Shown: positions 19,032 through 28,283 of the stretch, piece by piece
Position numbering within the stretch: the first letter of the stretch is position 1
Layout of the letters: the number at the start of each line of letters is the position of its first letter
NCBI GenBank assembly: GCA_963739835.1
Contig: CAVUBW010000006.1
Coordinates: 75,790 to 139,789 of the forward strand
DNA: 64,000 bases
Direction of reading: 5' to 3'
From: an uncultured Acidimicrobiales bacterium
Lineage (GTDB): Bacteria; Actinomycetota; Acidimicrobiia; Acidimicrobiales; VFJN01
The notes under the pieces: model-generated
What the model was told of the DNA's origin: nothing
What the model saw: the letters and a program-made list of their open reading frames with translations, nothing else
Database searches by the model: none
Translations under genes and position numbers: made by a program

Positions 19032-20194
19032 ATGGCCCCACCAGACGAGCCGAGGTCATCGAGGCCCTGCGCCCCGTCGAGGACCCCGAGCTGCACCGCT
19101 CCATCGTCGACCTCGGCATGGTCCGCGGCGATCGCGGTCGACGGCGGCGACGGTCGGCGTCCTCGTCGCCCTCACCGTCGCCGGCTGCCCGCTGCGCAAC
19201 GAGATCCAGAGCCGGGTCACCGGCGCGGTCGCCGCCCTCGACGGGCGTCGACGGCGGTCGACCTCGACTTCACCGTGATGACCGACGAGGAGCGCGCCGC
19301 GCTGCGCGCGCAAGCTCCACGGCGACCCCGGCGGCCACCGCCGGCAGCCAGCCAGGCCCACGGCCACGCCGAGGGCCGGGCCATCCCGTTCGCCGACCCG
19401 GCGCAGCACGACCCGCGTGCTGCTGATCGCCTCGGGCAAGGGCGGCGTCGGCAAGTCGTCGGTCACCGACCAACCTCGCCGTCGCGCTCGCCCAGCGCGG
19501 CCAGCACGGTCGCCGTCGTCGACGCCGACGTGTGGGGCTTCTCGATCCCGCGCATGCTCGGCGTCGACCGCGCCGCCGGTCGTCATCGACGAGATGCTCG
19601 TCCCGCCCGAGGCCTACGGCGTGCGCTGCATCTCGATGGGCTTCTTCGCCGCCGGAGGACCAGGCGGTCATCTGGCGGGGCCCGATGCTGCACAAGGCGC
19701 TCGAGCAGTTCCTCACCGACGTGTACTGGGACGAGCCCGACTACCTCGTCGTCGACATGCCGCCGGGCACCGGCGACATCTCGCTCTCGCTCGCCCAGTT
19801 CCTGCCCCGGGCCGAGGTCTTCGTCGTCACCACGCCGCAGCCGGCCGCGCAGAAGGTGGCCGCAGCGGGCGGCGCCATGGCCGCAGAAGGTCAACCTCGA
19901 GGTCAAGGGCGTCATCGAGAACATGTCGTGGTTCACCGGCGACGACGGCAAGCGCTACGAGCTCTTCGGCGCCGGCGGCGGCGCAGGAGCTCGCCGACGC
20001 GCCTCGAGCGTGCCGCTGCTCGGCCAGGTCCCGCTCGTGCCCGCGCTGCGCGAGGGCGGCGACGACGGCCGCCCGATCGTCGCCGTCGACCCCGACGAGC
20101 GAGGCGGCCGAGGTCGTTCGCGGCCATCGCCGAGACGATCGACGTCGAGCTGGCCCCCAGGCGGATCTACAACCCCGAGCTACGCATCGGCTGA
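19032..20194 (+). CDS. mrp: Mrp/ApbC/NBP35-family Fe-S cluster carrier ATPase, heavily frame-disrupted
   Basis: Fragments: [27 protein letters not shown] (DUF59-type N-domain), [30 protein letters not shown] (deviant Walker A), [78 protein letters not shown]. Confidence 0.85.
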
Positions 20195-20395
20195 GCCGAG
20201 CGAGGCCTCGGCGAAGTCGAGCAGCCGGTCGTACGGCGTCTGCTCGCCGTCGACCGGCACCTCGAAGAACCCCGAGCCCTGGTAGCCGTGCGTCCCGCCG
20301 GGCATGCGGTGGTACTCGGTGGTCAGCCCGACCTCCTGCGCCCGGGCCACCAGCTCGTCGTCGAGAGCGACGGGCAGCCGGAGGGGCGCCGTCAC
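20180..20395 (-). CDS. 71-codon ORF resembling only the C-terminal end of an alpha/beta hydrolase (gene remnant?)
   Basis: [46 protein letters not shown]... The GTG overlaps the response-regulator stop (GTGA). No nucleophile or N-terminal fold is present. Confidence 0.3.
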   Translation of the reverse strand: MTAPLRLPVALDDELVARAQEVGLTTEYHRMPGGTHGYQGSGFFEVPVDGEQTPYDRLLDFAEASLGSADA

Positions 20396-21004
20396 AGCCA
20401 CCCCCGGTCGTCGGCGACCCGCATCGCCTCGATGCGGTTGCGGACGCCGGTCTTGGCGATCGCGGCGGACAGGTAGTTGCGGACCGTGCCCTCGGACAGG
20501 AACGAGGCCGGCGGCGATGTCGGCCACCGTGGCGCCGCCGCGGGCGGCGACCAGCACGTCGCGCTCGCGGCCGGTGAGCGGCGACGGCCCGCCGGCCAGG
20601 GTCGGCGGCGGCCAGCGCCGGGTCGACCACCCGCTCGCCGGCCGCGACCCGGCGGACCGCGCTCGGCCAGCTGCTCGGCGGGGGCGTCCTTGACGACGAA
20701 GCCGAGGGCGCCCGACTCCATCGCCCGGCGCAGGTAGCCCGGGCGGCCGAACGTCGTGAGGATGATCACCTGCAGTCCGGGGGCTCCTGGGCCAGCGCCG
20801 CGGCCGCGGCGAGGCCGTCGAGGCCGGGCATCTCGATGTCGAGCAGGGCGACGTCGGGGCGGTGCTCCCGCGCCGCCGCCACCACCTCGTCGCCGCGTCC
20901 GACCTCGGCGACGACCGCGAAGTCGTCCTCCAGGTCGAGCAGCGCCGCCAGCGCCGTGCGCGCACCAGCTCCTGGTCGTCGGCGAGGAGCAGCCGGATCG
21001 TCAC
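20392..21004 (-). CDS. NarL/LuxR-family response regulator (DesR/LiaR-like), frame-disrupted
   Basis: VTIRLLLADDQELVR (receiver), [97 protein letters not shown] (LuxR HTH). The parts are spread over ORFs 20180 and 20392. Confidence 0.85.
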
Positions 21005-22164
21005 GCCCGGCAGCCCCGCGGCCCCCGGGGCCGCCGCCGGCAGCCGGCGCCGGGATCTCGACCCGCAGCCGCCAGCCGCCCCGGCCCGCCGGGCCGACCG
21101 GCCCGGCCGTCAGCGTGCCGCCCGCGGCCTCGACCCGCTCGCGCAGGCCCCGCAGGCCCGAGCCGTCCGGACCGATGTCGGCGGCGTCCCACCGCTGCCG
21201 TCGTCGACGATCTCGAGCCGAGTCCGGGCCGAGCGTCGATCGCGCACGTGCTGGCGCGGGCGTGGCGCACCACGTTGGTCACGCCCTCGCGCACGACCCA
21301 GCCGAACAGCTCGGCGAGGTCGCCGGGCACCCCGTCGGTCGACCCCGGCAGGTCGGCGCTCGATGCCGACCGCCCGCAGCACCTCCCGCCCGGCGGCCAG
21401 CTCGCCGGCCAGGGTCACGTCGCGGTAGCCGGCCACCGCGGCGCGCACGTCGGCCAGCGAGCGGCGGGCCAGCTCCTCCACCTCGCCGATCTCCCGGGCC
21501 GCCCTGTCCGGGTCGACCTCGGCCAGCCGTCGGGCCAGCCCGGCCTTGACCGTGATCGTCGTGAGCGAGTGGCCGAGCAGGTCGTGCAGGTCGCGGGCGA
21601 TCCTCGACCGCTCGCTCTCGGCCGCCAGGCGGGCGACCTCGGCCCGGGCGGTCGTCAGCTCGCGGTTGGCCCGGATGATCGTGAAGAAGCCGTACATCGC
21701 CAGGCCGACCAGCGCGATCGTCACCGCGGCGTCGACGTCGACCGGGGCGTGCCACGACGGGACCAGCGGCGGCAGGAACATCGCCACCAGCACCAGGCCC
21801 ACCACGATCGGCACCGAGCGCCCGCCCAGGATGGCCAGGCTCACGACCACCACGTAGGTGATCATCACGAAGGCGTCCTGGTGCGCGATCGGCACCTCGA
21901 CCACGAACAGGGCCAGCATCGCCGCGTACCAGCCCCAGAACTCGCGCCGGCGGCCCTCCATCATGACTGCGACCGCCCGCACGTAGGCGATGGCGAACGC
22001 CGCCAGCACCACGTATCCGGCGAGCGCCACCCACCCCCGGGAGTGGATGGCGACGCCGTTGGCCGTCTGAGCGAGGTAGAAGCAGAAGATCCCGGGAAAG
22101 ATGCATCCGCCGCCAGCCCGTGGCCCACCGCCTGACGCCGGCCGGGACCGGGCGTGTCAGCCAC
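21001..22164 (-). CDS. Sensor histidine kinase, HisKA_3 (DesK/LiaS-like), frame-disrupted
   Basis: Multi-TM N-terminus, ESERSRIARDLHDLLGHSLTTITVKAGLARRL (H-box), then PGDLAELFGWVVREGVTNVVRHARAS (N-box) in another frame. The stop overlaps the regulator start. Confidence 0.8.
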
Positions 22165-22172
22165 GTTCGGTG

Positions 22173-23816
22173 TCACGGCGCCAGGCTCGCGCCGCCAGCC
22201 GCGGCGAAGACCACCGTCCACACGATCAGCACGACCCACGCCTTGGTCGGCCACGGCCCGCCGTCGATCGCGATGTGACCGGCCTGCACCAGCCAGTACG
22301 ACGGCAGGCACTCGGCCAGCGACCGCACGAATCCGCTGCCCGCCATCGGCCCGTAGGCCCCGCCCAGCAGGGCGAACAGCGACGTCACGCCGCCGATCGC
22401 CGGCCCGATCGACTCGGCGCTGATGACGTGGCCGAGGAAGATCCCGATCACGGCGAACGGGACCAGCCCGACCAGGATCAGGGCGGTCATCGCCACCCAC
22501 CGGTCGGCCGGCAGCCGCACGCCGAGGCCGACCGCCGCCGTGTAGATCGCGGCCATGCTCACCAGGGCGAGGACGTAGCCGGTGGCGACCTTGGCCCGCA
22601 GGTACGACCGCGCCGCCAGCGGCGTCACCCGCAGCTGGCGGTTCCAGCCGATCTGCCGCTCGGCGGCGATGCGGGCCCCGGACCCGATGACCGCGCCCAT
22701 CGTGCCCCAGGCGACCATGCCGCTCATGTAGTAGAGCGGGAAGGGGATCCCGCCCAGCTCCTGGTGCCGGTTGGGGCCGGCGACCAGCAGGAACAGGATC
22801 AGCGGGAACACCAGCGTGATCGTGAAGAAGCGGACGTTGCGGACGGCCCGCAGCAGCTCGAAGCGCGTGTAGGTGGCGGCGGTGCTCACTGGCCGCTCCA
22901 GCTCGGCCTCGGGGTCGTCCGGGTCGGTGGTCAGCTCCAGGAACGCCTCCTCCAGGCCGGCGCCCCGGATCTCGATCGCGCGCATGGCGGGGTAGGCGGG
23001 CAGCAGCGCCCGCAGGGCGGCGTCGGAGTCGGAGCAGGTGAGCGTCACGACATCGCCCCGGACGACGCAGGCGGTCACGCCGGGAACGGCCAGCAGCTCG
23101 TCGGCGTCCGCGCCGGGCAGCGTGGCCCCGATCGTGCGGCTGCCCACCATCGCCTTGATCTCGGTGGTCGGCCCGTCGGCCACGACCCGGCCCCGGGCCA
23201 TGAGGACGATCCGGTCGGCGTAGAGGTCGGCCTCCTCCAGGTAGTGGGTGGCGAACACGACGGTCTTCGACCGCCCGCCGATCGCCCGCATCGACTGCCA
23301 GAACACGTGGCGGGTCTTGACGTCCATCGCCACGGTCGGCTCGTCGAGCACGAGCACGTCGGGGTCCGACACCAGCGCCATGGCGAAGCGGACCCGCTGG
23401 GTCTGCCCGCCCGACAGCTTGTGCGTGCGCTGGTCGGCGAACTCGCCGATGCCCGTCAGGTCGAGCAGGTCGTCCAGCGGCATCGGCGCCGGGTACAGCG
23501 AGCCGATCATCGTGAGCAGCTCGCGCACGGTCAGGTCCCGGATCAGCCCCCCGGTCTGGAGCATGGCGCCCACGGTGCCGAGGCGGATCGCCTCGTCGGG
23601 CGTCCGGCCGAGCAGCGCCACCCGCCCCCGGTCGGGCCGCAGCAGCCCGAGCAGCATGTCGAGGGTGGTGGACTTGCCCGCCCCGTTGGGCCCGAGCAGC
23701 GCCACGACCTCGCCGGGGGAGACGGCCAGGTCGACGCCGCGCACGGCCTGGATCGGCCCGAAGGACTTCTCCAACCCAGACAGCTCGATCGTCATGTCGG
23801 TCCGGATCGCTTGCAT
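22173..23816 (-). CDS. ABC transporter, ATPase and ABC-2 permease read as one ORF
   Basis: Walker A GPNGAGKSTTLDML, LSGGQTQRV, VLVLDEPT, then VSTAATYTRFELLRAVRNVRFFTITLVFPLILF... (6-TM ABC-2 permease) with no stop between them. The start could be the ATG at 23816 or at 23795. Confidence 0.8.
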   Translation of the reverse strand: MQAIRTDMTIELSGLEKSFGPIQAVRGVDLAVSPGEVVALLGPNGAGKSTTLDMLLGLLRPDRGRVALLGRTPDEAIRLGTVGAMLQTGGLIRDLTVRELLTMIGSLYPAPMPLDDLLDLTGIGEFADQRTHKLSGGQTQRVRFAMALVSDPDVLVLDEPTVAMDVKTRHVFWQSMRAIGGRSKTVVFATHYLEEADLYADRIVLMARGRVVADGPTTEIKAMVGSRTIGATLPGADADELLAVPGVTACVVRGDVVTLTCSDSDAALRALLPAYPAMRAIEIRGAGLEEAFLELTTDPDDPEAELERPVSTAATYTRFELLRAVRNVRFFTITLVFPLILFLLVAGPNRHQELGGIPFPLYYMSGMVAWGTMGAVIGSGARIAAERQIGWNRQLRVTPLAARSYLRAKVATGYVLALVSMAAIYTAAVGLGVRLPADRWVAMTALILVGLVPFAVIGIFLGHVISAESIGPAIGGVTSLFALLGGAYGPMAGSGFVRSLAECLPSYWLVQAGHIAIDGGPWPTKAWVVLIVWTVVFAAAGGASLAP

Positions 23817-23949
23817 GTCGCCCAGGATGCAGGCGCGGGCCGGGAAGCAGTAGTGCCGCCGCAGCCCGATCCGGGCTGACATTTGTCATGGCCGGGCTAC
23901 GGTGCGCACCGGAGCAGCCGCTGGGGCTGCCGGACCGGGGGGATCGCCC

Positions 23950-24243
23950 ATGGCCACCGTCGCACTCGTCGTGAAGCTGACCGCCAAGGCGGGGGCCGAG
24001 GAGGATCTGGCCGAGTTCCTGGCCGGCGCCGTCGGGCTCGCCAACGACGAGCCGGGCACCGAGGTGTGGCTCGCTCTGCGCAGCGACGCGTCCACGTTCT
24101 GGATCGTCGACGCCTTCCCCGGCCAGGACGAGCGCCAGGCCCACATCGACGGCGAGATCGCCGCCGCGCTGTTCGCCAACGCCGACCGCCTGCTGGCCGG
24201 CCCGCCGGAGATCAACCCGGCCGACGTGCTGGCGATGATCTAA
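23950..24243 (+). CDS. Antibiotic-biosynthesis-monooxygenase (ABM) domain protein
   Basis: MATVALVVKLTAKAGAEEDLAEFLAGAVGLANDEPGTEVWLALRSDASTFWIVDAFPGQDERQAHIDG is a typical ~97-aa ABM/YgiN-like fold signature. Confidence 0.7.
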   Translation: MATVALVVKLTAKAGAEEDLAEFLAGAVGLANDEPGTEVWLALRSDASTFWIVDAFPGQDERQAHIDGEIAAALFANADRLLAGPPEINPADVLAMI

Positions 24244-25097
24244 GGGACGGGGACCTCCGCCGCCAGGAAGGCCGCGACGGCGTCGTTGAAGGCGTCGTTG
24301 CGGTCGCCGGCGACCATGTGCCCGGCCTCGCCGACGTCGACGTAGCGGGCGTGGGGCACCAACTCGACCAGGTGGCGGGCGCCGTCCTCGGACACCACGT
24401 CGCTCAGCCGGCCCCGGACCAGCAGCGTCGGCAGCCGTAGCGACCGGGCCGCCTCGTCGAGCCGGTCGCTGTCGGCGAAGTCCCGGGGCTCGTCGGCCGG
24501 GTTGCGGGTGATGAACCGGGGGTCCCAGTGCCAGTACCAGCGGCCGTCGGGTCGCTGGCGCACGTTCTTGCGCAGCCCGGACAGGTCGCTGGGGCGGGGC
24601 CGCTGGGGCTGGTACGCGGCGACGGCGTCGGCCACGTCGTCCAGGCTGGCGAAGCCGTCCGCCCCGCCCAGCATGAACTCGGCGATGCGGTTGATCCCGG
24701 CCAGCTCGAGCCGGGGCGCCACGTCGACCAGCACCAGTGCGCTCGCCACGCGCTCGGGCTCGGGCGCCTCGGCGATGGCGAGCAGTGCGCTCAGCCCGCC
24801 CAGCGACGCGCCGACGATCGCCGGCGGGGCCGGCTGGGCGAGGGCGACCGCCCGGACGTCGGCGGTGAAGGCATCCAGCGTGTAGTCGCCGTCGGCCGCC
24901 CAGTCGCTGTCGCCGTGGCCGCGCAGGTCGACGTTGAGCGTGCGCCAGCCGCGCCGGCCGAGCAGGGCCGACGTGCCGCCCCAGGCATGACGGGTCTGGC
25001 CGCCGCCGTGGAACAGCAGCACGCCGGGGCCGTCGGTGGGCCCGTACGCGTCCGCCGCCAGGTTCAGGCCCGCGCCCGCCAGATTCAGCATCCTCAA
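24240..25097 (-). CDS. Alpha/beta hydrolase
   Basis: 285 aa: VLLFHGGGQTRHAW, DLRGHGDS, IVGASLGGLSAL (GxSxG), GHMVAGD. Confidence 0.85.
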   Translation of the reverse strand: MRMLNLAGAGLNLAADAYGPTDGPGVLLFHGGGQTRHAWGGTSALLGRRGWRTLNVDLRGHGDSDWAADGDYTLDAFTADVRAVALAQPAPPAIVGASLGGLSALLAIAEAPEPERVASALVLVDVAPRLELAGINRIAEFMLGGADGFASLDDVADAVAAYQPQRPRPSDLSGLRKNVRQRPDGRWYWHWDPRFITRNPADEPRDFADSDRLDEAARSLRLPTLLVRGRLSDVVSEDGARHLVELVPHARYVDVGEAGHMVAGDRNDAFNDAVAAFLAAEVPVP

Positions 25098-25123
25098 TTT
25101 CTAGGCGGCGGGTGCGGCGCGGC

Positions 25124-25759
25124 TCAACCGGCGGCGGCCGCGACCTCCTCGGGCTTGACGAAGCCGGGGATCGGCCGGGGCCGGCGGTGGGTCAGGATCT
25201 CGTCGACCAGCCCGTAGGCGACGGCCTCGTCGCCCCGCAGGATGTAGTCGCGGTCGATGTCGGCCTCGATGCGGCTGCGGGGCTGCCCGGTGCGCTCGGT
25301 CAGGATGTCGACCATCCGCTCGCGCATCGTGACCATCTCCCGCACCGCGATCTCCATGTCGACGGACTGGCCCTGGGCGCCGCCGTGGGGCTGGTGGATG
25401 AGTATGCGGGCGTTGGGCAGCGCCGTGCGGTGGCCCTCGGCGCCGGCGGCCAGCAGCACGGCCGCGGCCGAGCACGCCTGGCCGACGCACACCGTGTGCA
25501 CGGGCGGGCCGAGGAACTGCATGGCGTCGTACACGGCGAACAAAGCGGTCATGTCGCCGCCGGGGCTGTTGATGTAGAGGTTCACCGGGCGGTCCATGTC
25601 CTCGCCCTCCAGGTGGAGCAGTTGGGCGATGATCAGGTTGGCGACCGACTCGTCCAGCGCCGAGCCGAGGAACACGATCCGCTCCCGCAGCAGCCGGGAG
25701 TAGATGTCGTAGGCCCGTTCGCCCCGGTTGGTGGTCTCGATGACGGTGGGGATGAGCAC
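25124..25759 (-). CDS. clpP: ATP-dependent Clp protease proteolytic subunit
   Basis: GTG at 25759 with a GGAGG RBS. Sequence: [32 protein letters not shown]...[22 protein letters not shown]...[14 protein letters not shown]...ILIHQPHGG. Only the last 211 codons of track ORF 25124..26611 are genic. Confidence 0.92.
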   Translation of the reverse strand: MLIPTVIETTNRGERAYDIYSRLLRERIVFLGSALDESVANLIIAQLLHLEGEDMDRPVNLYINSPGGDMTALFAVYDAMQFLGPPVHTVCVGQACSAAAVLLAAGAEGHRTALPNARILIHQPHGGAQGQSVDMEIAVREMVTMRERMVDILTERTGQPRSRIEADIDRDYILRGDEAVAYGLVDEILTHRRPRPIPGFVKPEEVAAAAG

Positions 25760-25779
25760 CGGTGTCCTCCTGCGTGTTG

Positions 25780-25846
25780 CGCAACCGTGCGGTTGCGTGA
25801 CGTCACGGTAGGGGTGCAGGTGGAAAACCGCAACTGTAGAGTTGCG
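25780..25846. promoter_or_regulatory. Two CGCAAC-N6-GTTGCG palindromes plus a GTGACGTCAC palindrome in the clpP / SRPBCC-arsR divergent region
   Basis: CGCAACCGTGCGGTTGCG (25780-25797), GTGACGTCAC (25797-25806) and CGCAACTGTAGAGTTGCG (25829-25846). The centres of the two 18-mers are 49 nt apart. Confidence 0.55.
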
Positions 25847-25849
25847 CGT

Positions 25850-26266
25850 ATGGCCGACGAGCACGAGCAGGTGACCCGCAGCGTCGAGATCGACGCCGAC
25901 CTCGACGACGTGTGGCGCGCCGTCGCCGATCCGGGCGAGCGCGGCCGCTGGCTCGACGACCCCGACGCCCACGCCCGCCGCATGCGGGTGGACGAGATGG
26001 ACGCCACAGCTCCTGAACGCCGGCTGACCTGGACGTGGTGGCGCCCGGGCGACGAGTCCGGCGCGTCGACCGTGTCGGTGGTCGTCGCCCCCCGGGAGGG
26101 CGGCGGCACCCGGGTCGTGATCACCGAGTCGCTGCAGGCACAGGCGTCGGCGTCGGCGCGGGTGGGCGCAGGGGCGGGCCTGCGGGCCCTGTGGAGCCAC
26201 CGCATCCTCGGGCTGGAGCTGCTCATGCTGACCGCCCGGACCCCTGTCGGTGCCGGGCTCGCCTGA
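25850..26266 (+). CDS. SRPBCC (AHSA1/START-like) family protein
   Basis: [37 protein letters not shown]...[23 protein letters not shown] is the typical Aha1/SRPBCC pattern, and it is co-oriented with an ArsR gene, as is common. Confidence 0.7.
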   Translation: MADEHEQVTRSVEIDADLDDVWRAVADPGERGRWLDDPDAHARRMRVDEMDATAPERRLTWTWWRPGDESGASTVSVVVAPREGGGTRVVITESLQAQASASARVGAGAGLRALWSHRILGLELLMLTARTPVGAGLA

Positions 26267-26594
26267 CCCGCAGCGCGAGCCGCCGGACGCCCTGTTCGCC
26301 GCGCTGGCCGACCCCACCCGGCGCCGGGTCCTGCGCGCAGTGGCCGACCGCGGCCCGGTGACCGCCACGGCGCTGGCCGACGGCCTGCCGGTCACCCGCC
26401 AGGCCGTGGCCAAGCACCTCGGCCTCCTGGCCGAGGCCGGCCTGGTCGCGGCAGAGCGGGCCGGCCGCGAGACCCGGTTCACGGCCCGCGCCGCGCCCCT
26501 CGGCGACCTCGCCGCGTGGGCGGCCGCCACCGGGCGCCTGTGGGACGACCGGCTCGACCGGCTGGCACGCTTGGTCCCCGGATCACGCCAGTAG
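26250..26594 (+). CDS. ArsR/SmtB family transcriptional regulator
   Basis: 114 aa: [53 protein letters not shown]. Confidence 0.88.
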   Translation: MPGSPDPQREPPDALFAALADPTRRRVLRAVADRGPVTATALADGLPVTRQAVAKHLGLLAEAGLVAAERAGRETRFTARAAPLGDLAAWAAATGRLWDDRLDRLARLVPGSRQ

Positions 26595-26604
26595 CCTCGA
26601 CAGC

Positions 26605-27327
26605 GTGGCATCAGGCGACAGCCGGTCCGATCAGCCGATCGGCCGGCGCATCGTGCTCGGCATGCTGGGACTGGGCGCCGTCGGCGTGGTGTTCGGCAAC
26701 CGCATCCAGGCCGGCGTCGAGCGGGTCATGCGGCCGATCACCCAGAACGATCCCACCGGGCTGACGTCGTTCGTCCCGACGGCCGGCCGGTTCCGGATCT
26801 ACTCCGTGACGGCCAGCCTCCCCTCCCGCAGCCAGGAGGAGTACCGCTTCAAGCTCGACGGCATGGTCGACCGGCCGCTCGACCTCAGCTACGCCGAGCT
26901 CACGTCCCGCCCGCCGACCAGGCTCACGCTCGACTTCCAGTGCGTCACCGGCTGGCGCGTGCCCGACGTCCACTGGACGGGCGTCAAGCTGGCCGACCTG
27001 CTGGACGAGGCCGGCGTCGCCCCGGGCGCCACCCACCTGCGCCTGTTCTCGTTCGACGGCGTCTACACCGAGAGCCTCACGCTCGAACAGGCCCGCCGCG
27101 ACGACGTGATCGCCGCCTACGAGATGATCGACGGCCCGGTGACCCGTGAGCACGGCGGGCCCGTGCGCCTCTACGTCGGCCCGATGTACGGCTACAAGTC
27201 GCTCAAGTGGCTGGAGCGCATCGAGGTCACCGACCACCTCGTTCCCGGCTACTGGGAGAACCTCGGCTACGACGTCGACGGCTTCGTCGGCGCCTCCAAC
27301 GGCCGCGACGACGAGCCGACGTCGTGA
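26605..27327 (+). CDS. Molybdopterin-dependent oxidoreductase (sulfite-oxidase fold, MsrP/YedY-like)
   Basis: 240 aa: one TM/signal segment, [75 protein letters not shown]. Confidence 0.82.
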   Translation: MASGDSRSDQPIGRRIVLGMLGLGAVGVVFGNRIQAGVERVMRPITQNDPTGLTSFVPTAGRFRIYSVTASLPSRSQEEYRFKLDGMVDRPLDLSYAELTSRPPTRLTLDFQCVTGWRVPDVHWTGVKLADLLDEAGVAPGATHLRLFSFDGVYTESLTLEQARRDDVIAAYEMIDGPVTREHGGPVRLYVGPMYGYKSLKWLERIEVTDHLVPGYWENLGYDVDGFVGASNGRDDEPTS

Positions 27328-28004
27328 CCGCGGCCGCCACCCCCGCCGCGGGTCGGCGCGCCGACCCGCTGATCCGGCGCTTCCCCACGCCCGCCCAGGC
27401 GCTGCACTGGGCGACGGCCGCCGCCGTGCTCACGTGCGTGGTCACCGGGCTGATCCTCTACGTCGGCCCGCTCACCGCCCTGGTCGGCCGGCGGGTGCTG
27501 GTCAAGAACATCCACGTCGTCGCCGGGCTGAGCATGCCGATCCCGATCCTGCTCGCCTACCTCGGTCCCTGGCGGCGGGGCGTGCGGCCGGACATCCGCC
27601 GGCTCGCCCGCTGGGACGCCGGCGACCGCCGCTGGCTCCGGTCCCGGGGCCGGGAGGCCCGCGACGAGGTCGGCAAGTTCAACGCCGGGCAGAAGGCCAA
27701 CGCCGCCTTCGTCGCCGGGATGATCCCGCTCATGCTCGTGTCCGGCTCGATCATGCGCTGGTTCGAGCCGTTCCCCGTCCAGTACCGCACCGGCGCCACG
27801 TTCGTTCACGACTGGACGGCGATCTTCACGTGGTTCGTGGTCGCCGGGCACATCGGGTTCGCGCTCAACGACCCCGGCTCGCTGCGGGGCATGGTCACCG
27901 GCTGGGTCACCCGGCGATGGGCCGCCTACCACCATCCGCGGTGGGCCGCGGAGGTCGCGGACGAGGCCGGCGTCGTGGCGGAGGCCGACCACCCCCTAGC
28001 ATGA
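27324..28004 (+). CDS. Cytochrome b (b561-type, 4-TM) membrane partner
   Basis: The GTG at 27324 overlaps the upstream stop (GTGA). Sequence: RFPTPAQALHWATAAAVLTCVVTGLILY, NIHVVAGLSMPIPILL, KFNAGQKANAAFVAGMIPLMLVSG, FVHDWTAIFTWFVVAGHIGFAL (conserved His ligands). Confidence 0.75.
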   Translation: MTAAATPAAGRRADPLIRRFPTPAQALHWATAAAVLTCVVTGLILYVGPLTALVGRRVLVKNIHVVAGLSMPIPILLAYLGPWRRGVRPDIRRLARWDAGDRRWLRSRGREARDEVGKFNAGQKANAAFVAGMIPLMLVSGSIMRWFEPFPVQYRTGATFVHDWTAIFTWFVVAGHIGFALNDPGSLRGMVTGWVTRRWAAYHHPRWAAEVADEAGVVAEADHPLA

Positions 28005-28035
28005 CGGCCGCTCGACACAGGAGGAAGAGGAAGAC

Positions 28036-28266
28036 GTGGACGTCCGCATCGGGGTGAGGAACGCGCCGAAGGAGCTCGAGGTCCTGCTGGCCGACGACAC
28101 CGACGGCGACGCGGTGCGCGAACACATCGACGCCGCCTTCGCGTCCGGGGGAACGCTGTGGCTGACCGACCGGCGAGGCCGCCAGTACGGCGTCCCGGTC
28201 GACAAGATCGCCTACGTCGAGATCGGGTCGAGCGACGGCGGGCGGCGCATCGGCTTCGGCGGCTGA
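28036..28266 (+). CDS. DUF3107 family protein
   Basis: 76 aa: MDVRIGVRNAPKELEVLLADDTDGDAVREHIDAAFASGGTLWLTDRRGRQYGVPVDKIAYVEIG. AGGAGGAAGAGGAAG lies upstream. Confidence 0.8.
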   Translation: MDVRIGVRNAPKELEVLLADDTDGDAVREHIDAAFASGGTLWLTDRRGRQYGVPVDKIAYVEIGSSDGGRRIGFGG

Positions 28267-28283
28267 TCCGGGGCCCGTCGCCC

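Noticed and set aside
20756-22135. Plus-strand ORFs (20756..22135, 20836..21549, 20862..21428) opposite the two-component genes
   Set aside because: They contain no recognisable motifs. The minus strand carries clear H-box, N-box, receiver and LuxR-HTH signatures.
25124-26611. 495-aa minus ORF suggesting a large ClpP fusion protein
   Set aside because: Only the last 211 codons (from the GTG at 25759, with a GGAGG RBS) are ClpP. The upstream part is antisense to the SRPBCC and ArsR genes and is Arg/Pro-rich.
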